Source: Mobula hypostoma
Lineage: Eukaryota
Assembly (NCBI RefSeq): GCF_963921235.1
Contig: NC_086106.1
Location: 35,650,001-35,714,000 of the forward strand
Reading direction: 5' to 3'
DNA: 64,000 bases
In this document: one piece after another, positions 11,600-25,062 of the stretch
Layout: each line of letters begins with the position of its first letter
Position numbering within the stretch: position 1 is the first letter of the stretch
Notes under the pieces: model-generated
Told to the model about the DNA's origin: nothing
Databases searched by the model: none
Seen by the model: only the letters and a program-made list of their open reading frames with translations
Translations under genes and position numbers: made by a program

Positions 11600-14500
11600 G
11601 CTTTGGCTCAACGGGCGTAGGCAGTAACGAGACGAGGTAGGTCTACCTGTGTTAATTGCGGAAAGGAAGCAGTATGTGTGTGAGGCCGGTTTTCTGTGCT
11701 TAGTGTCAGATGTGGGAGGTCCTGGAGTCTCCCAGCCTCCTGGACTGCCATATCTGCACATGGTGCGTCGAACTGCAGCTCCTAAGGGACCGAGTTAGGG
11801 AACTGTAAATATAGCTCGATGACCTTCGTCTGGTCAGGGAGAACGAGGAGGTGATAGAAAGGAGTTATAGGCAGGTGGTCACACCGGGGCCAAGGGAAAC
11901 ATGCAAGTGGGTCAGAGTCAGGAGAGGGAAGGTGAAGGGTCAGGTACTGGAGAATACCCCTGTGGCTGTACCCCTGAACAATAAGTACTCCTGTTTGAGT
12001 ACTGTTGGGGGGGGGGGGGGCAGCCTACCTGGGTGAAGCAACAGTGGCCGTGCCTCTGGCACAGAGTCCGGCCCTGTGGCTCAGAAGGATAGGGAATGCA
12101 AGATAAGGGCAGTAGTGATAGGGAACTCTATAGTTAGAGGGTCAGACAGGTAATTCTGTGGACGCAGCAAAGAAACTCTGGTGGTAGTTTGCCCCCCAGG
12201 TGCCAGGGTCCGGGATGTTTCAGATCGCGTCCAAGATACCTTGCAGTGGGAGGGAGAAGAGCCAGAGGTCGTGGTACATATTGGTACCAACGACATAGGT
12301 AGGAAAAGGGAAGAAATCCTGAAAAAAGGACTACAGGGAGTTAGGAAGGAAGTTGAGAAGCAGAACCACAAAAGTATTAATATCAGAATTACTGCCTGTA
12401 CCACGCGACAGTGAGAATAGGAATAGAATGAGGTGGAGGATAAATGCGTGGCTGAGGGATTGGAGCAGGGGGCAGAGATTCAGATTTCTGGATCATTGGG
12501 ACCTCTTTGGGGCCTGTACAAAAAGGACGGGTTGCACATGAATCCCGGAGGGACCAATATCCTGGCGGAGAGGTTTGCTAAGGCTACTGGGGAGAGTTTA
12601 AACTAGAATTGTTGTGGGGTGGGAACCGAACTGAAGAGACTGCGGAAGAGGCAGTTGGCTCACATAAAGCTGGGAGACAATGTGTGATGGAGGATAGGCA
12701 GTTGATAGAGAAGGGGCGCGGTCAGATGGTCAGATGGTTTGATATGGGTCTATTTTAAGGCAAGGAGCGTTGTGAACAAAGGGGATGTGCTTAGAGCGTA
12801 AATTAGTACTTGGTGCTATGGTGTGGTTGAGAGACTTGGATGGTTCAGGGACAGGAATTGTTACTTCAAGTGCCGGGTTTTAGGTGCTTCAAAAAGGATA
12901 TGGAGGGAGTCAAAAGAGGTGGGGGCGTGGCACTGTTGATCAGAGATAGTGTCACGGCTGCTGAAAAGGCGGACGTCATGGAGAGATTGTCTATTGAGTC
13001 TCTGTGAGTGGAGGTTAGGAACAGGAAGGGGTCAGTAACGTTACTGGGTGCTTTTCATAGGCCGCCCAATAGTAACAGGGATATCGAGGAGCAGATAGGG
13101 AAACAGATCCTGGAAAGGTGTAATAATAACAGAGTTGTCGTGATGGGGGATTTTAATTGCCCAAATATCGATTGGCGTCTCCCTAGAGCAAGGGGTTTAG
13201 ATGGCATGGAGTTTGTTATGTATGTTCTGGAAGGTTTCAATATATAGATAAGCCTACAAGAGGAGAGACTGTACTTGATTTGGTATTGGGAATTGAACCT
13301 GGTCAGGTGACACAGTGGGAGAGCATTTTGGAGATAATGATCGCAATTCTATCTCCTTTACAATGGCATTGGAAAGAGATACGAACAGACAAGTTAAAAA
13401 AACGTTTAATTGGAGTAAGGGGAATTATGAGGCTACCAGGCAGGAAATTGGAAGGTTAAATTGGGAAAAGAAGTTCTCAGGGAAAAGTACGCAAAAATGT
13501 GACAAATGTTCAGGGGATATTTGTGTCGAGTTATGCACAGGAAGCTTCCAATGAGACAGGGAAGTTATGGCAGGGTACAGGAACCGTGGTGTACAAACGC
13601 AGTAATAAACCTAGTCAAGAAGAAAAGAAAAGCTTACATAAGGTTCAGAGAGTTAGGTAATGTAGGTATCTAGAAGATTATAAGGCTAACAGGATGGAGC
13701 TTAAAAAGGAAATTCGGAGAACCAGAAGGGGCCATGAGAAGGCCTTGACGGGCAGGATTAAGTAAAACCCCAAGGCATTCTACAAGTATGTGAAGAGCAA
13801 GAGGATAAGACATGAAAGAATAAGACTTATCAAGTGTGACAGTGGGGAAGAGTGCATGGAATCGGAGGAAACAGCAGGGTACTTAATGAATACTTCACTT
13901 CAGTATTCATTATGGAATAGGATTTTGGTGATTGTCGTGCAGACTTGAAGAGATTCAGCATGTAGATATTAAGAAAGAAGATGTGATGGAGCTTTTGGAA
14001 AGCATCAAGTTAGATAAGTCGTCGGGACCGGATGAGAGGTACCCCGGTCTACTGTGGGAGGCGAGCGAAGAGATTGCTGAGCCTCTGGCGATGATCCTTG
14101 AATCATCAATGGGGACGGGAGAGGTTCAGGAGGATTGGAGGGTTGCGGATGGTGTTCCTTTATTCAAGAAAGGGAGTAGAGATAGCCCAGGAAATTATAG
14201 GCCAGTGAGTCTGACTTCAGTGTTTGGTATGTTGATGGAAAAGATCCTGAGAGGCAGGATTTATGAACATTTGGAAAGGTACAATATGATTAGGAATACT
14301 CAGCGTGGCTTTGTCAAGGGCAGGTCGTGCCTTACGAGCTTGATTGAATTTTTTGAGGGCAGGTTGTGCCTTACGAGCTTGATTCACTAAACACATTGAT
14401 AAAGGAAGAGCAGTAGATGTAATGTTTATGGATTTCAGCAAGGCATTTGATAAGGTACCCCATGCAAGGGTTATTGAGAAAGTAATGAGGCATGGGATCC

Positions 14501-15577
14501 AAGGGGACATTGCTTTGTGGACCCAGAACTGGCTTGCCCACAGAAGGCAAAGAGAGGTTGTAGACGGGTCATATTCTGCATGGAGGTCAGTAATCAGTGG
14601 TGTGCCTCAGGGATCTGTTTAGGGACCCTTACTATTCGTGATTTTTATAAATAACCTGTAAGAGGAAGTGGAGGGATGGGTTAGTAAGTTTGCTGATGAC
14701 AGAAAGATTGGAGGTGTGGTGGATAGTGTGGAGGGCTGTCAGAGGTTACAGTGGGGCATTGATAGGATGCAAAACTGGGCTGAGAAGTGGCAGATGGAGT
14801 TCAACCCAGATAGGTGTGAAGTGGTTCATCTTGGTAGGTCAAATATGATGGCAGAATATGATGTTAATGGTAAGACTCTTGGGAGTGTGGAGGATCACAG
14901 GGTTCTTGGGGTCCGAGCCCATGGGACGCTTAAAGCAGCTGCGCAGGTTGACGCTGTGGTTAAGAAGGCATACGGTGTATTGGCCTTCATTAACCGTGAA
15001 GGTGAAGTTAGGAACCGAGAAGTAATGTTGCAGCTATACGGGACCCTGGTTAAAACCCACATGGAGTACTGTGCTCAGTTCTGTTCGCCTCACCAAAGGA
15101 AGGATGTAGAAGCTGTAGAAAGGATGCAGAGGAGATTTATAAACTTATTGAAAACTTATGAAAACCTATGAGTGAACTATGCCTTTTCTCCTTGGAGCAA
15201 CGGAGGATGAGAGGTAAACTGATAGAGGTGTATAAGATGATGAGAGACTTTGATCGTGTGGATAGTCAGTGGCTGTTTCTCAGGGCTGAAATAGTTGCCA
15301 AAAGAGGACACAGGTTTAAGGAGCTGGGAAGTAGGTACAGAGGAGATGTCAGGGGTGATTTTTTACTCAGAGAGTGGTGAGAGCGTGGAATGGACTGCTG
15401 GCAATGGTGGTGGAGGCGGATATCATCGTGTCTTTTAAAAGACTTTTGTATAGGGAAATTGAGCTTAGAAAATAGAGGGCTATGGGGAAGTCTAATAATT
15501 TCTAAGGTAGGGACATGTTCGGCACAACTTTGTGGGCCGAAGGGCCTGTATTGTGCTGTAGGTTTTCTATGTTTCTT
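11600..15577 (+). mobile_element. Near full-length decayed CR1 LINE (ORF1 zinc finger + SGNH esterase; ORF2 APE + RT)
   Basis: ORF1 PGARVRDV...HIGTND; ORF2 MGDFN, NYRPVSLTS, DFSKAFDKV, KFADD; TTTCTATG tail at ~15563. Many stops and frameshifts. Confidence 0.92.
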
Positions 15578-15599
15578 TGTATATGACCTTGTTTCTGGA

Positions 15600-16370
15600 T
15601 CGGAGCTATGATGGCGCTTAACAGCAAATTCTTCGAGCTCCTTTACGGAAACAGCTTAACATCTGCCTTTGATGTCTCTCTTTTACCTTTTCAGGGTGGC
15701 TGGGATTCCGTTACAGTTACACCCTGACTTTGATTCTTTGTGGCGGTGGAAACTACTCCCGGAGTCTCACAGCTTTACGAAATCCCAAGGACATGGCCTA
15801 GAAGACCAGCGCTCTTTCAGTGTTCGAAGGCTTTCCGGCCCTGTGGACGGCTGATTCTACGTCGGTGCCACCAACTGAAACGTCACGGGAGCAGCGGATC
15901 CGCGAATCGGGCTGTTGCTCTCTCTCTCTCGTTGGTGGAGGAGAGTTTGTTGTGTATTCACAAGTCGGAAATAGCGACGACAGAGGCATTCGGATTGCAA
16001 ATCCGCAAGATTTTTTTGTCATGCCTCCCGTCTTGCTGTCAAAGAAGACACCTCTGTCTCTTTATCCGAGGGAGAAAAAGCCTGTGGTATGTCGAAATAG
16101 CGAGTGAGCAATTTGTTTTTGTTGTACTGCAGATCATGGTCCTTCTTGGAGGTCCTGCTGTTGCTTGGTGGATGGAGGTTTCTGATGTTTTTTTGCGGAA
16201 GTGGGTGAAGATGTGGAAGGGTCGTTGCTTTGCTGCTGCTTATGCGTGGGAGGGAGAGTAGGGAGAACTCTTTCAATATCATTCATTTTTGCGGTATTCT
16301 TCTGTTTTCGTGGATGTATGCAAAGAACAAGAATATTGCATATACTTCTATGATACTAAATGGAGTATTG
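15600..16370 (+). mobile_element. Non-coding interspersed repeat with GATGGCG head (probable non-autonomous retroelement)
   Basis: Its 3' part (ttttcgtggatgt..gcaaagaa..agaat) recurs at ~37070-37140 (+) and ~62680-62880 (-). Confidence 0.5.
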
Positions 16371-16890
16371 AATTATTGAAACCTATTTTGGAGTACTTCG
16401 TCCAGTGTTGGTCACCTGCTTCCAGGAAAAATGCAAATACATCTGAGAGAGTGCAGCGTGATTTTACAAGGATGTTACTGGAACCCGAGGAAATGAGTTA
16501 TAGGTGAAGATTGAATAGGTAAAGCTTTTATTCCCTAGAACGTAAACGCTTGAAGGGAAATTTGGTAGAGGGACACTAAAGTATGACATGTGTAGTTGGC
16601 GTAAATGTCAGCAGTCTTTTTCCCACTGAGTTTGGTGAAACTGAAACTTAGCATTCATGGGTTCAGGGTGAAAAGTGGAGGGGAATGGATTCACTCAGAC
16701 GGTGTGAGAGCTTGTATCGAGCTGTCTACGCACGTGATGGGTGGCTGGGCTGAATTTCACACTGCAGAGAAGTTTGGATACATGGATCTGAGGTGTATGT
16801 GGAAGGTATGGATCGGGTGCACATTGATCGTCCAAGACAGATTAATTGTTCGGCACAGACTAGATGACCTGAAAGGCTTGTTTCTGCATA
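16370..16890 (+). mobile_element. Old CR1 3' fragment
   Basis: LEYFVQCWSP...ERVQRDFTRML motif. Confidence 0.75.
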
Positions 16891-17239
16891 ATAGCGTGCT
16901 TCGGAAAACTTGGCATAATGTATTTTATTTTTAATATTGTGAATTGAGAAATGACATCCAGATCTCCGGTGCAGTTCTCTCTCTTGCCATGTTTGGCATT
17001 AAGGCTGGGTTCGATTAAGCCACATTGTGCAGACCGATATTTTCAGTGGATCACGTACACTCCTCAGTTGCCTATCTAGTTCAGAATTCAGTGCACCAGA
17101 GACTGCTCTGAAATTTGGCAGCTAGAACACATTATATGCATTCTGACTCTCCACTGCTACCAATAAACGATTTCTCGACTTCGTTAGAATTTCGAGGAAA
17201 TTTTAGGATATTTAGAATGTTAAAAAAGACACTTACAAA

Positions 17240-17710
17240 TCTCTTACCAGCTCTCTACTGTGGAGAGCATTTTAAATAGTTGCATCACTGCCTCGTATGG
17301 AGCTTCCGGTGAACATGATTGCAAAAACTCAAAGCTTTTTGACTCAGGCAATTCCATCTCGGACATAACGTTCCCCACATTGAGAAGATCTTCATGAGGT
17401 AGTGCCTCAGGAACCGGCATCTACTGTTGAGTATCCTCACCATCGGGGACAAGCCAGTTGGTTGTCGATAAGGCTTCTAGGAGAGAGGTCCAGGAGCATG
17501 AAGACCCAGACACTATGTTAAGAACACATCTTCCCCACCACACTGAGATTTATGAACGGTTCTTGGACCCACGAGCGCCACATTGTTATTCTTTTTTTGA
17601 AATATTGACTTAGTTTTGCGACTTATTGTGATTTTTATTTCTGTCGATATACTGCTGCCCCAAAACAATACTTTTTACGACATACGCCAGAGTTAATAAT
17701 TCTGATACTG
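17240..17710 (+). mobile_element. Rex1/Babar-like LINE 3' fragment
   Basis: VESILNSCITASYG motif typical of the Rex1 C-terminus. Only the tail survives at the paralogous site in unit A (~235-275). Confidence 0.6.
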
Positions 17711-18418
17711 CACCAGTACGGAGCATGAGCAGAGAGTGCTTAATGGCAATCAACAAGAAAATAATTTGCTTACAATGAGGATTTATGAGTTGCCATGAAT
17801 CCGAGTTTCGGAAGTAGCAGCTCTGAGTAAATAACTGTGCATGTGCTCACTGTATGGTGAGGCTAAACAGACAGAACATTAACAGTCATGAAATGTGAGA
17901 CATGGACGGAAATTAACCAATGGATTTCAACCAATTCATGAAATGTATTGAAATGTGATATGGTTCCATAATTGGAGAGGCGCTTCTGCATTTCTTTAGA
18001 CTGCAGCTTTTTCCCGATTTAGTGTCCAGACTTCAGCTCCGTGGATCAACTTGCATATTTTATTTGATCGTTTCCTTACACTGCATTTGATTAGTTCTTA
18101 TTTGATTGTCTCATGAGGGCAGTCAAAACAAAAAGATAAACTGAAATTGGACCGACTTACATTCCCTGAGGAGAATTTTTTTCTGCTTTATTTTGCAGGC
18201 ATCATACTGCACACGAAGAAAAGGGTGAAGCACATTTATTAACTTGTTTGTTTAATGAAACGAACTAATGTAAATGACGCTTTCAATGAGCATGTGTTTT
18301 TCTTTGTCTGTAACTAAAAATATACTTCAGCATCAGGAGATAAAAGTACCACCTATAAAATGCAAATGTGAAGACTGTTGGTAGGGTAACCAATAACGGC
18401 GCTTCTATTCAGGACAAA

Positions 18419-20439
18419 ATGCACTCTCCACCCCAAGGCCTAGTGTATTCAATATACTACACTACCCTTGTTGTTGTCGCTGTACCAGTAGATTTTCTTA
18501 TCTAATTGCATGTTATCCGTTATCGAATTTCTTTTGCTCAGACATCACCTGAAATACATCGTTCACCTCAAATTTTGTGCTCTCGGGGGTGAACCCGCTC
18601 AAATCTTTCTGAATGATGCCGGATTTCGTCGGCTTAGAAATGAGTGGGTTTTAGGAAAGTGAATGGAAACTAGTGGAATATTATATGAATTTAACTGTAA
18701 GGAATATGAGTGAAAGCTTTCGAGGAAATATCATTTGTTAACACTTCCATCACAAGGACGAGATTTTTACAACCGGCAACAATTCAACTGAGCTGCGCCT
18801 TTTCAGCGGCAGCAAGACAAGTGTCAAACTGCATTTGGCGAAATATGGCGCTGAAATACTGCCCATCGTTTTAAAACAAATCGCACCTTTAAAATGAAGG
18901 TTATGTCTCAGCTTGCTCAGATGATGCTACCGGATAACGGGCGATGTAAGCGTGCCTTCCTTGCTCTCTCTGAATTTCACATTTCACGAAAAATTATAGG
19001 CAGATAATTAAACTGTCCTAACGACGAGGATACCTATCAGTCAGATGAAATAAAAGGGATTTTTTTTTTTTACTGACGTAAAATCCTGTGGAAAACTATA
19101 CTAGGATCTCAGATTTGTGTAATTCCTAATTGAATTTTCACTGCTCAACTTCTAACTCCGATTCTTCAAAAGCTTTCAAGATAAACTTATATGTCTGTAA
19201 ATGACATCTCTGACCGATTCAAAAGGTAAACAGAAAGTAAAATATAATCTAGATAAATTTGGAGAGATCTATTTCGGTGCAAAATAAAACCTTAAAAACA
19301 AAGCACGTTTGTTTTATCGTCCCGAGGTTTGGCATGTTTTACTGTTAATTGGAACTTTGTTATCATAGAATTCAAGCCATGTCGACCCATCAGGTTGAAA
19401 GGCGACGAATGTGTTAGCGTACATTATAAGGTGGTTTGAGTGCAGTGCGAACGGTGTTTTGTTCAAATTATGCAGGGCCGCCCTGTAACCTTAACGAGAG
19501 TGATGTTCAGAGTTTTGGCTCCCCTGCCTAATAAAACAATAGCTCCAAAAAGGAAGTGGAGCATAACGCGTAAACCTAGGCTAACAGAATAAGGCTGTCT
19601 CTCTGAGGTTTTAAGGTGTAGTATGCTATTGAGTTCAGCCGGGTAGGTCGAGGAGTTTCGAACCAAAGAGTTTGTCTCAAAAATCATGAGACCATTTATA
19701 ACTGATATGGAAATAAAAATGTTCAATTAACTTCGTTGAACATGCAGACTCTGTCACTGAATCGTCTGAAACATATATCGATATGTTTCTGTATATTAGT
19801 AATAGAGGCAAGCAGGAAAATGACGAAAAGTTAGATCATAAGCTCTGATTTCGACTGCAAAGACTCAAGGGTTGAAGCGGCTTATATTACTTATGATTTT
19901 TCCAATGAGATCGTTGATTTATGTATACGCGTTCTCTAACCTAACCAATTTCACTTAAACTTGTGGGGTATCATATTATCATGAACGTTTCTCGTGTCAG
20001 AGTTCTGAAATATATGTATTTCCTGTCTATGTATTGCTGCTGTCGACAGTCTATTTCATAAACTTTCTGTCTTCCTTTCTCCTCCCTCAAGCTAATTTAG
20101 TGGTGATTCTGATTCTCTCCCGCGGGAAGTGTGGCCTCTCTAAATGCATCACTCGCTACTTGGTCTCCATGGCAGTAACGGATTTGCTCCTCATTATTAC
20201 CGCAGTGATTATCAACCGCATTTGTGGTATTTATTTCCCAGGAAGTTTCCTCTCCATCACCCCAGTGTGTAGTGCCATTATTGCAATAACCTATGCAGCC
20301 AGGGTCAGTTCTGATTGGTTAACGGTCGCTTTTACTTTTGACCGTTTTGTAGTTGTTTCCAGAAGCTGAAGTCAAAGTATTGTACCGACAAAACAGCAAA
20401 TGTGGTCATAGAAACTGTCTGTGGACTCAGTGGTTTCAT
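18419..20439 (+). pseudogene. GPCR gene B pseudogene (exon 1 18419-18488; exon 2 remnant 20092-20439)
   Basis: Exon 1 MHSPPQGLVYSIYYTTLVVVAVP with the splice donor altered by a small deletion (ccag-tagat vs ccag-gtatc). 4-nt deletion after DRF gives a frameshift and TGA at 20367-20369. Truncated in TM4 by fusion to Gypsy integrase. Confidence 0.92.
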
Positions 20440-22999
20440 CTGATTGTATTTCCTTAGGCAGCCCAAAATAAGTGAAGAAGTTTATAAGAGCTTTTGTCAC
20501 AGTCTTAGCTGTTATATTCCTAAGATGGACCGCTTCTGGAAACCTAGATGCTGTGCACATAATAGTTAATAAATATTGATGTCCAGTTTTAGTTTTTGGC
20601 AAAGGACATACACAGTCTACAATGATTTTGAAAACGGCTCACCAAATACAGGAATTGGTTGCAGTGGAGCCACTGGAGTAACCTGATTAGGTTTACCAAC
20701 AATTTGACATGCATGACACGTTCTGCAAAATGTCGCCACATCTTGACTTCAACTAGGCCAATAAAAATGTTTCGAATCTTTGTTCATAGTTTTCTTTACC
20801 CCTAAATGACCACGCAAAGGAATACTATGAGCCATAGTCAAAATCTCATTTCGGTAAATTTCAGGAACGACAACCTGATGATTAACTTCCCATTCCTCAC
20901 TAGCAGGAATTGTAGGCGATCTCCACTTTCTCATTAATACCCACCTTTCAAAATAATTACTAACTGGTATTTTTTTTCAATTTCACTATCTGGAGGAGCT
21001 TGTTCTTTTAATTTAACTATCTCAGGATCCCCACCCTGCTCTGCTATTATCTCCTTCCGAGATAAAGACAAATCTTCCTGATCAGACTTACCATCAAAAT
21101 CCTAATCAAATAAGGTAGGTAAGGAAGTTTCTGATACATCCTCAAAATTCGAATCTTGATTTGAACTGTCATGGGTAAAACGTCATCCTTTACATCAGCC
21201 TTTTTAGCTACAGCTCTTGTTACAACACAGGAAGAATCTGTGTTAGAATCCCTCTGTGGTTCCTCAGAATTTGAACTTATTGTCAAATGCACTTCAGGAA
21301 AAACTTGTCTACCTGCTAAATCATTCCCTAACAAAAGACAGACATCATTCACAGGTAAACGGGATTGTAATCCTACTTTAACAAACCCTGTAACTAATCC
21401 TGACCTTAAATTTACTCTATGTAAATATACTGGCATAAGGGCACTCCCTACTCCTCTTATTTAATTTACATCACCAATGACAGACTCAACACTAAACCTT
21501 AACACACTGTCTAATATTAGTGATTGCGAAGCTCCGGTATCTCCAAGTATCCTGATTGGTACTGCATTGGATCCTTCTTTCAAGGCTACAAATCCTTCTG
21601 TTATAAAAGCTTCATATCCCTTCTTAACTTGGTCAGACTCTGACACATCTTTATTAATATTTTCTAACCCCTGTGGTTTTACAGGTTTTCCAATATGCTG
21701 CACACAAGCATCTGCGACCACTTATTTCTCTTTCCGCTTCAACTGGAAGCAATTAGCCACTACATGTGCAGGTTTCTTACAAGAATTACAAATAATACCA
21801 AAAATGTCTTTCCTTCATCCTTACTTTTCTCATCAACTTCAGATTTAATGTCTGATTTACCTGACTCTCTGTGCTAGTTTTCCTTTTAAAAATTTTACCT
21901 GGAGAAAATTTATTCTTGTGAATTAAAACATACTCATCAGCCAAGTTAGCAATCTCCTGCAATGTAGCAATGTTCCGTTCATTTAGGTATGCTCTCACTT
22001 CAACAGGAATGCTTCTTTTAAATTTCTCCTGCAATATCAGTTCTTTTAATTTATTATACTCCTCATTCACATTTTTAGCGGAAACCCAAATCTCAAAACA
22101 CACAGAGTTCTCATAGGCAAATTCCACATATGTTTTTTCCACCGATTTCTTTAAACTTCTAAATCTTTCTCTATACGCTTCCGGAACCATCTCGTATGCC
22201 TTTAATATATTCTGCTTAACAATATCATAATGCAGTGCTTGTTCAGCATTTAAAGCTGTATAAACTTGTTGTGCCTTGCCTTTAATTACACTTTGGAACA
22301 TCATTGGCCATTGGTCTTTCGGCCACTTTAAACTCAGAGCAACTATTTCGAAATGTTGGAAATATGCGTACACATCAGCTTTATTAAATGGAGGAGCCAA
22401 AACAACCTCACGACTAGCAATAAACTGTTTTGTAGAACCAGAAGGCTGACTCCCGAACTTTACTTTCTGCATCTCTAACTCGAATTTCCTCTGGTTATCA
22501 GCATCTCTTTCCGCAAACTGCCTTTCTCTAAGGGCATCCTTTTCTTCAAATTCCCTTTTTTTATTAGCGTCTCTTTTGGCCATTTCCGCTTTAAATGTTT
22601 CAAACTTTAACTGTTCAAGATGCAACTGCATTTCCAGATTACTCAGTGGAAACTTATCTAACACCTCCTGATCAAACAATTCCAAATTAATATAATGTTC
22701 AGCAATTTTTCTTTGTATGAAAGCCTTGGTGGAATTTCTCGTAATCCCTTTAATATCCAACTTCTTAGCAATCTCCAATACCACAGGTTTTCCCGCATTC
22801 TCTAAAGATCCCGAGTCAGGCGCCTTCAAAAAATCGTCAATATCCATTGTTGCCGAATACAACACACACACCAATCAAACCAAAAAAAAAAATCGGGTAT
22901 TCCCATTTTCCAAATCAAAATGGCAATTACCAGCACTTAAACTCAAAATCGGAACATATCCTGGCCGACTCCCCCCCCCCGCCCCCCCCCCACAAATTA
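20438..22999 (-). mobile_element. Gmr1-type Gypsy LTR retrotransposon, unit 1 (gag, protease, 5' part of integrase), truncated
   Basis: gag 22874-21786 (GKAQQVY...EAYRERFR), protease GDTGASQS, integrase HHCC region and MCTASRFPEA...EIQSD. Degenerate tRNA-Pro-like PBS next to the LTR. Confidence 0.9.
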
Positions 23000-23275
23000 T
23001 GTTACGTAACCGGAAATAATGAATATTAATCGAGACAGGTTACATAAAAACAACCAAACATTTATTAAACACGTATAAACGATAAGGGAAAAAAAACAAA
23101 GGAAAACTTTAACCGGAATTTAACTGATATGCAGCCGTTCACCAACTCCACTCGGCTCTGGTTCTTAAAGCATTAAATGTGAAAACAGTTCGCATCGGCG
23201 GGAAAATCACATCTGACCTCCAAAAGACCATTACATCATTCTCACAAAAAAACAGATCTCGTTGAGCATGTAACA
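23000..23275 (-). mobile_element. LTR shared by the two Gypsy units
   Basis: Termini TGTTAC...GTAACA. On the minus strand, PPT AGGAGGGAGG lies immediately 5' (23276-23285), AATAAA is at 23061-23066, and a PBS-like TGtGGGG...GTCGGCCAGGAT lies immediately 3'. Confidence 0.88.
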
Positions 23276-25062
23276 CCTCCCTCCTAAAAAAAATCTCTTG
23301 AAGAACAAAATTCTAACAATTTATACAAAAAAATACAAAGGTATAAAATTTACAAAATACACAATATATACAATTTTATCTTTCAGCCTTTTACAAACTA
23401 ATGTATGGTAGGAGTGTTACAAATGTTAAAACTATCACTCCAAAAAAAACCAAATTTTCCTTGTACATTTAACATCTAGACAAGCAATCAGCGATCACAT
23501 TGTCTTTATCCTTAATATGAGTGATCAAAATATTGTACTCCTGTAACATTAAACTCCAATTTAATAATCTTCTATTTTTGTTTTTCATCTTACTTAAAAA
23601 CACTAATGGATTGTGATCGGTGGAAACTGTGAGTGGTTTATGCGTAGAACCAACATACACTTCAAAATGTTGCAAAGCTGAAACAAGAGATAACAATTCT
23701 TTTTCTATTGTTGAATAATTTCTTTGATGGGCGTTAAATTTCTTAGAAAAATAAACTACCGGACGATGAACTTCATCACCATCATCTTTTTGAAGTAACA
23801 CTGCTCCTGCAGCTTCATCACTAGCATCTACAGCTAACAAAAATGGTTTTTCAAACTCAGGAGATTAAAGTACAGGTTGACTACATGTTATAGTTTTCAA
23901 TTTATCAAATGCCTCCTGACAAGACTCTGTCCAAACAAACTTCTCATTTTTCTTCAAGAGATTAGTTAATGGAAGAGCAATATTTGCAAAATCCTTACAG
24001 AATTTTCTGTAATATCCTACCATGCCCAAGAATCTTCTCAGAGCTTTTCTACCAGTGGGAGTGGGTACTTCTAAAATTGCCTGAACTTTTGCTTGAACAG
24101 GTGCTAATTTCCCCTGACCCACAACATAACCAAGGTAAGTCACTGTGGCATGCCCAAATTCACTCTTAGCTAAGTTAATAGTTAAGTTAGCTTTCGAAAG
24201 TCTCTCAAATAATTTCTCCACCGCCGCAATATGTGCCTTCCACGTATTATTTCCAGTAAACAGATCATCAATATAAGCATCTGTATATTTTAATCGCTGA
24301 ATCACGCTATTAGTCATCCTCTGAAAAGTACTTCGTGCATTCTTTATCCCAATGGAAGAACATTATATTTATACAACCCAGATGGGCTTACAAATGCTGA
24401 AATATCTCTATCTCTATTCATCAATGGAACACATCAATATCCTTTTAACAAATCAAATTTTGTAAGGAATTTGCCCTGTCCAACTTTATCCACACAATCA
24501 TCTACCCTGGGGATTGGATATGCATCAGTTTTTGTCACAGCATTCACCTTCCTATATTCCGAATGAAACCTAATACTATTGTCTGGTTTAGGCACTATAA
24601 CACAGGGTGAACTCCAATTCGAATTAGAATGTCTAATAATATCATTCTCTAACATGTACTTAATTTCTTGCTCAGTAAGTTCACATTTTTCCCTGTTCAT
24701 TCGCTATGGATGTTGTTTTATGGGTTTTGCATCTCCAACATCTACATCATGGGTAGCTACAATGGTTCTTCTAGGGACGTCTGGAAATAAATCTCTGTAC
24801 TTAAAAATTAACTGTTTCATCTGCTCTTACTGCTCCGGCTGTAAATGAGCTAATTTTCCATCAATATTTTCCAGAATTTTTGAATTTGGTAACAAATAAT
24901 GTTGGGTTTAAAATGAGTTTCGGATGAATCCTCTATTAAGTTCCCATCAAGATCATAGTCATTATTGATCACAACAGTCATAGTAGCAAGTTCTTTCACA
25001 TAATACGGTTTTATCATATTTATATGACACAGCTGTGTTGTCTTTCTCCGATCTGGGGTTTT

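Noticed and set aside
19505-19760. ~250-bp segment in gene B intron absent from gene A, with CAGAGT...ACTCTG ends
   Set aside because: The inverted repeat is only 6-8 bp and there is no TSD; cannot call a DNA transposon or distinguish it from a deletion in A.
20372-20602. Chimeric ORF running from integrase into antisense GPCR sequence
   Set aside because: By-product of the deletion junction; no evidence of function.
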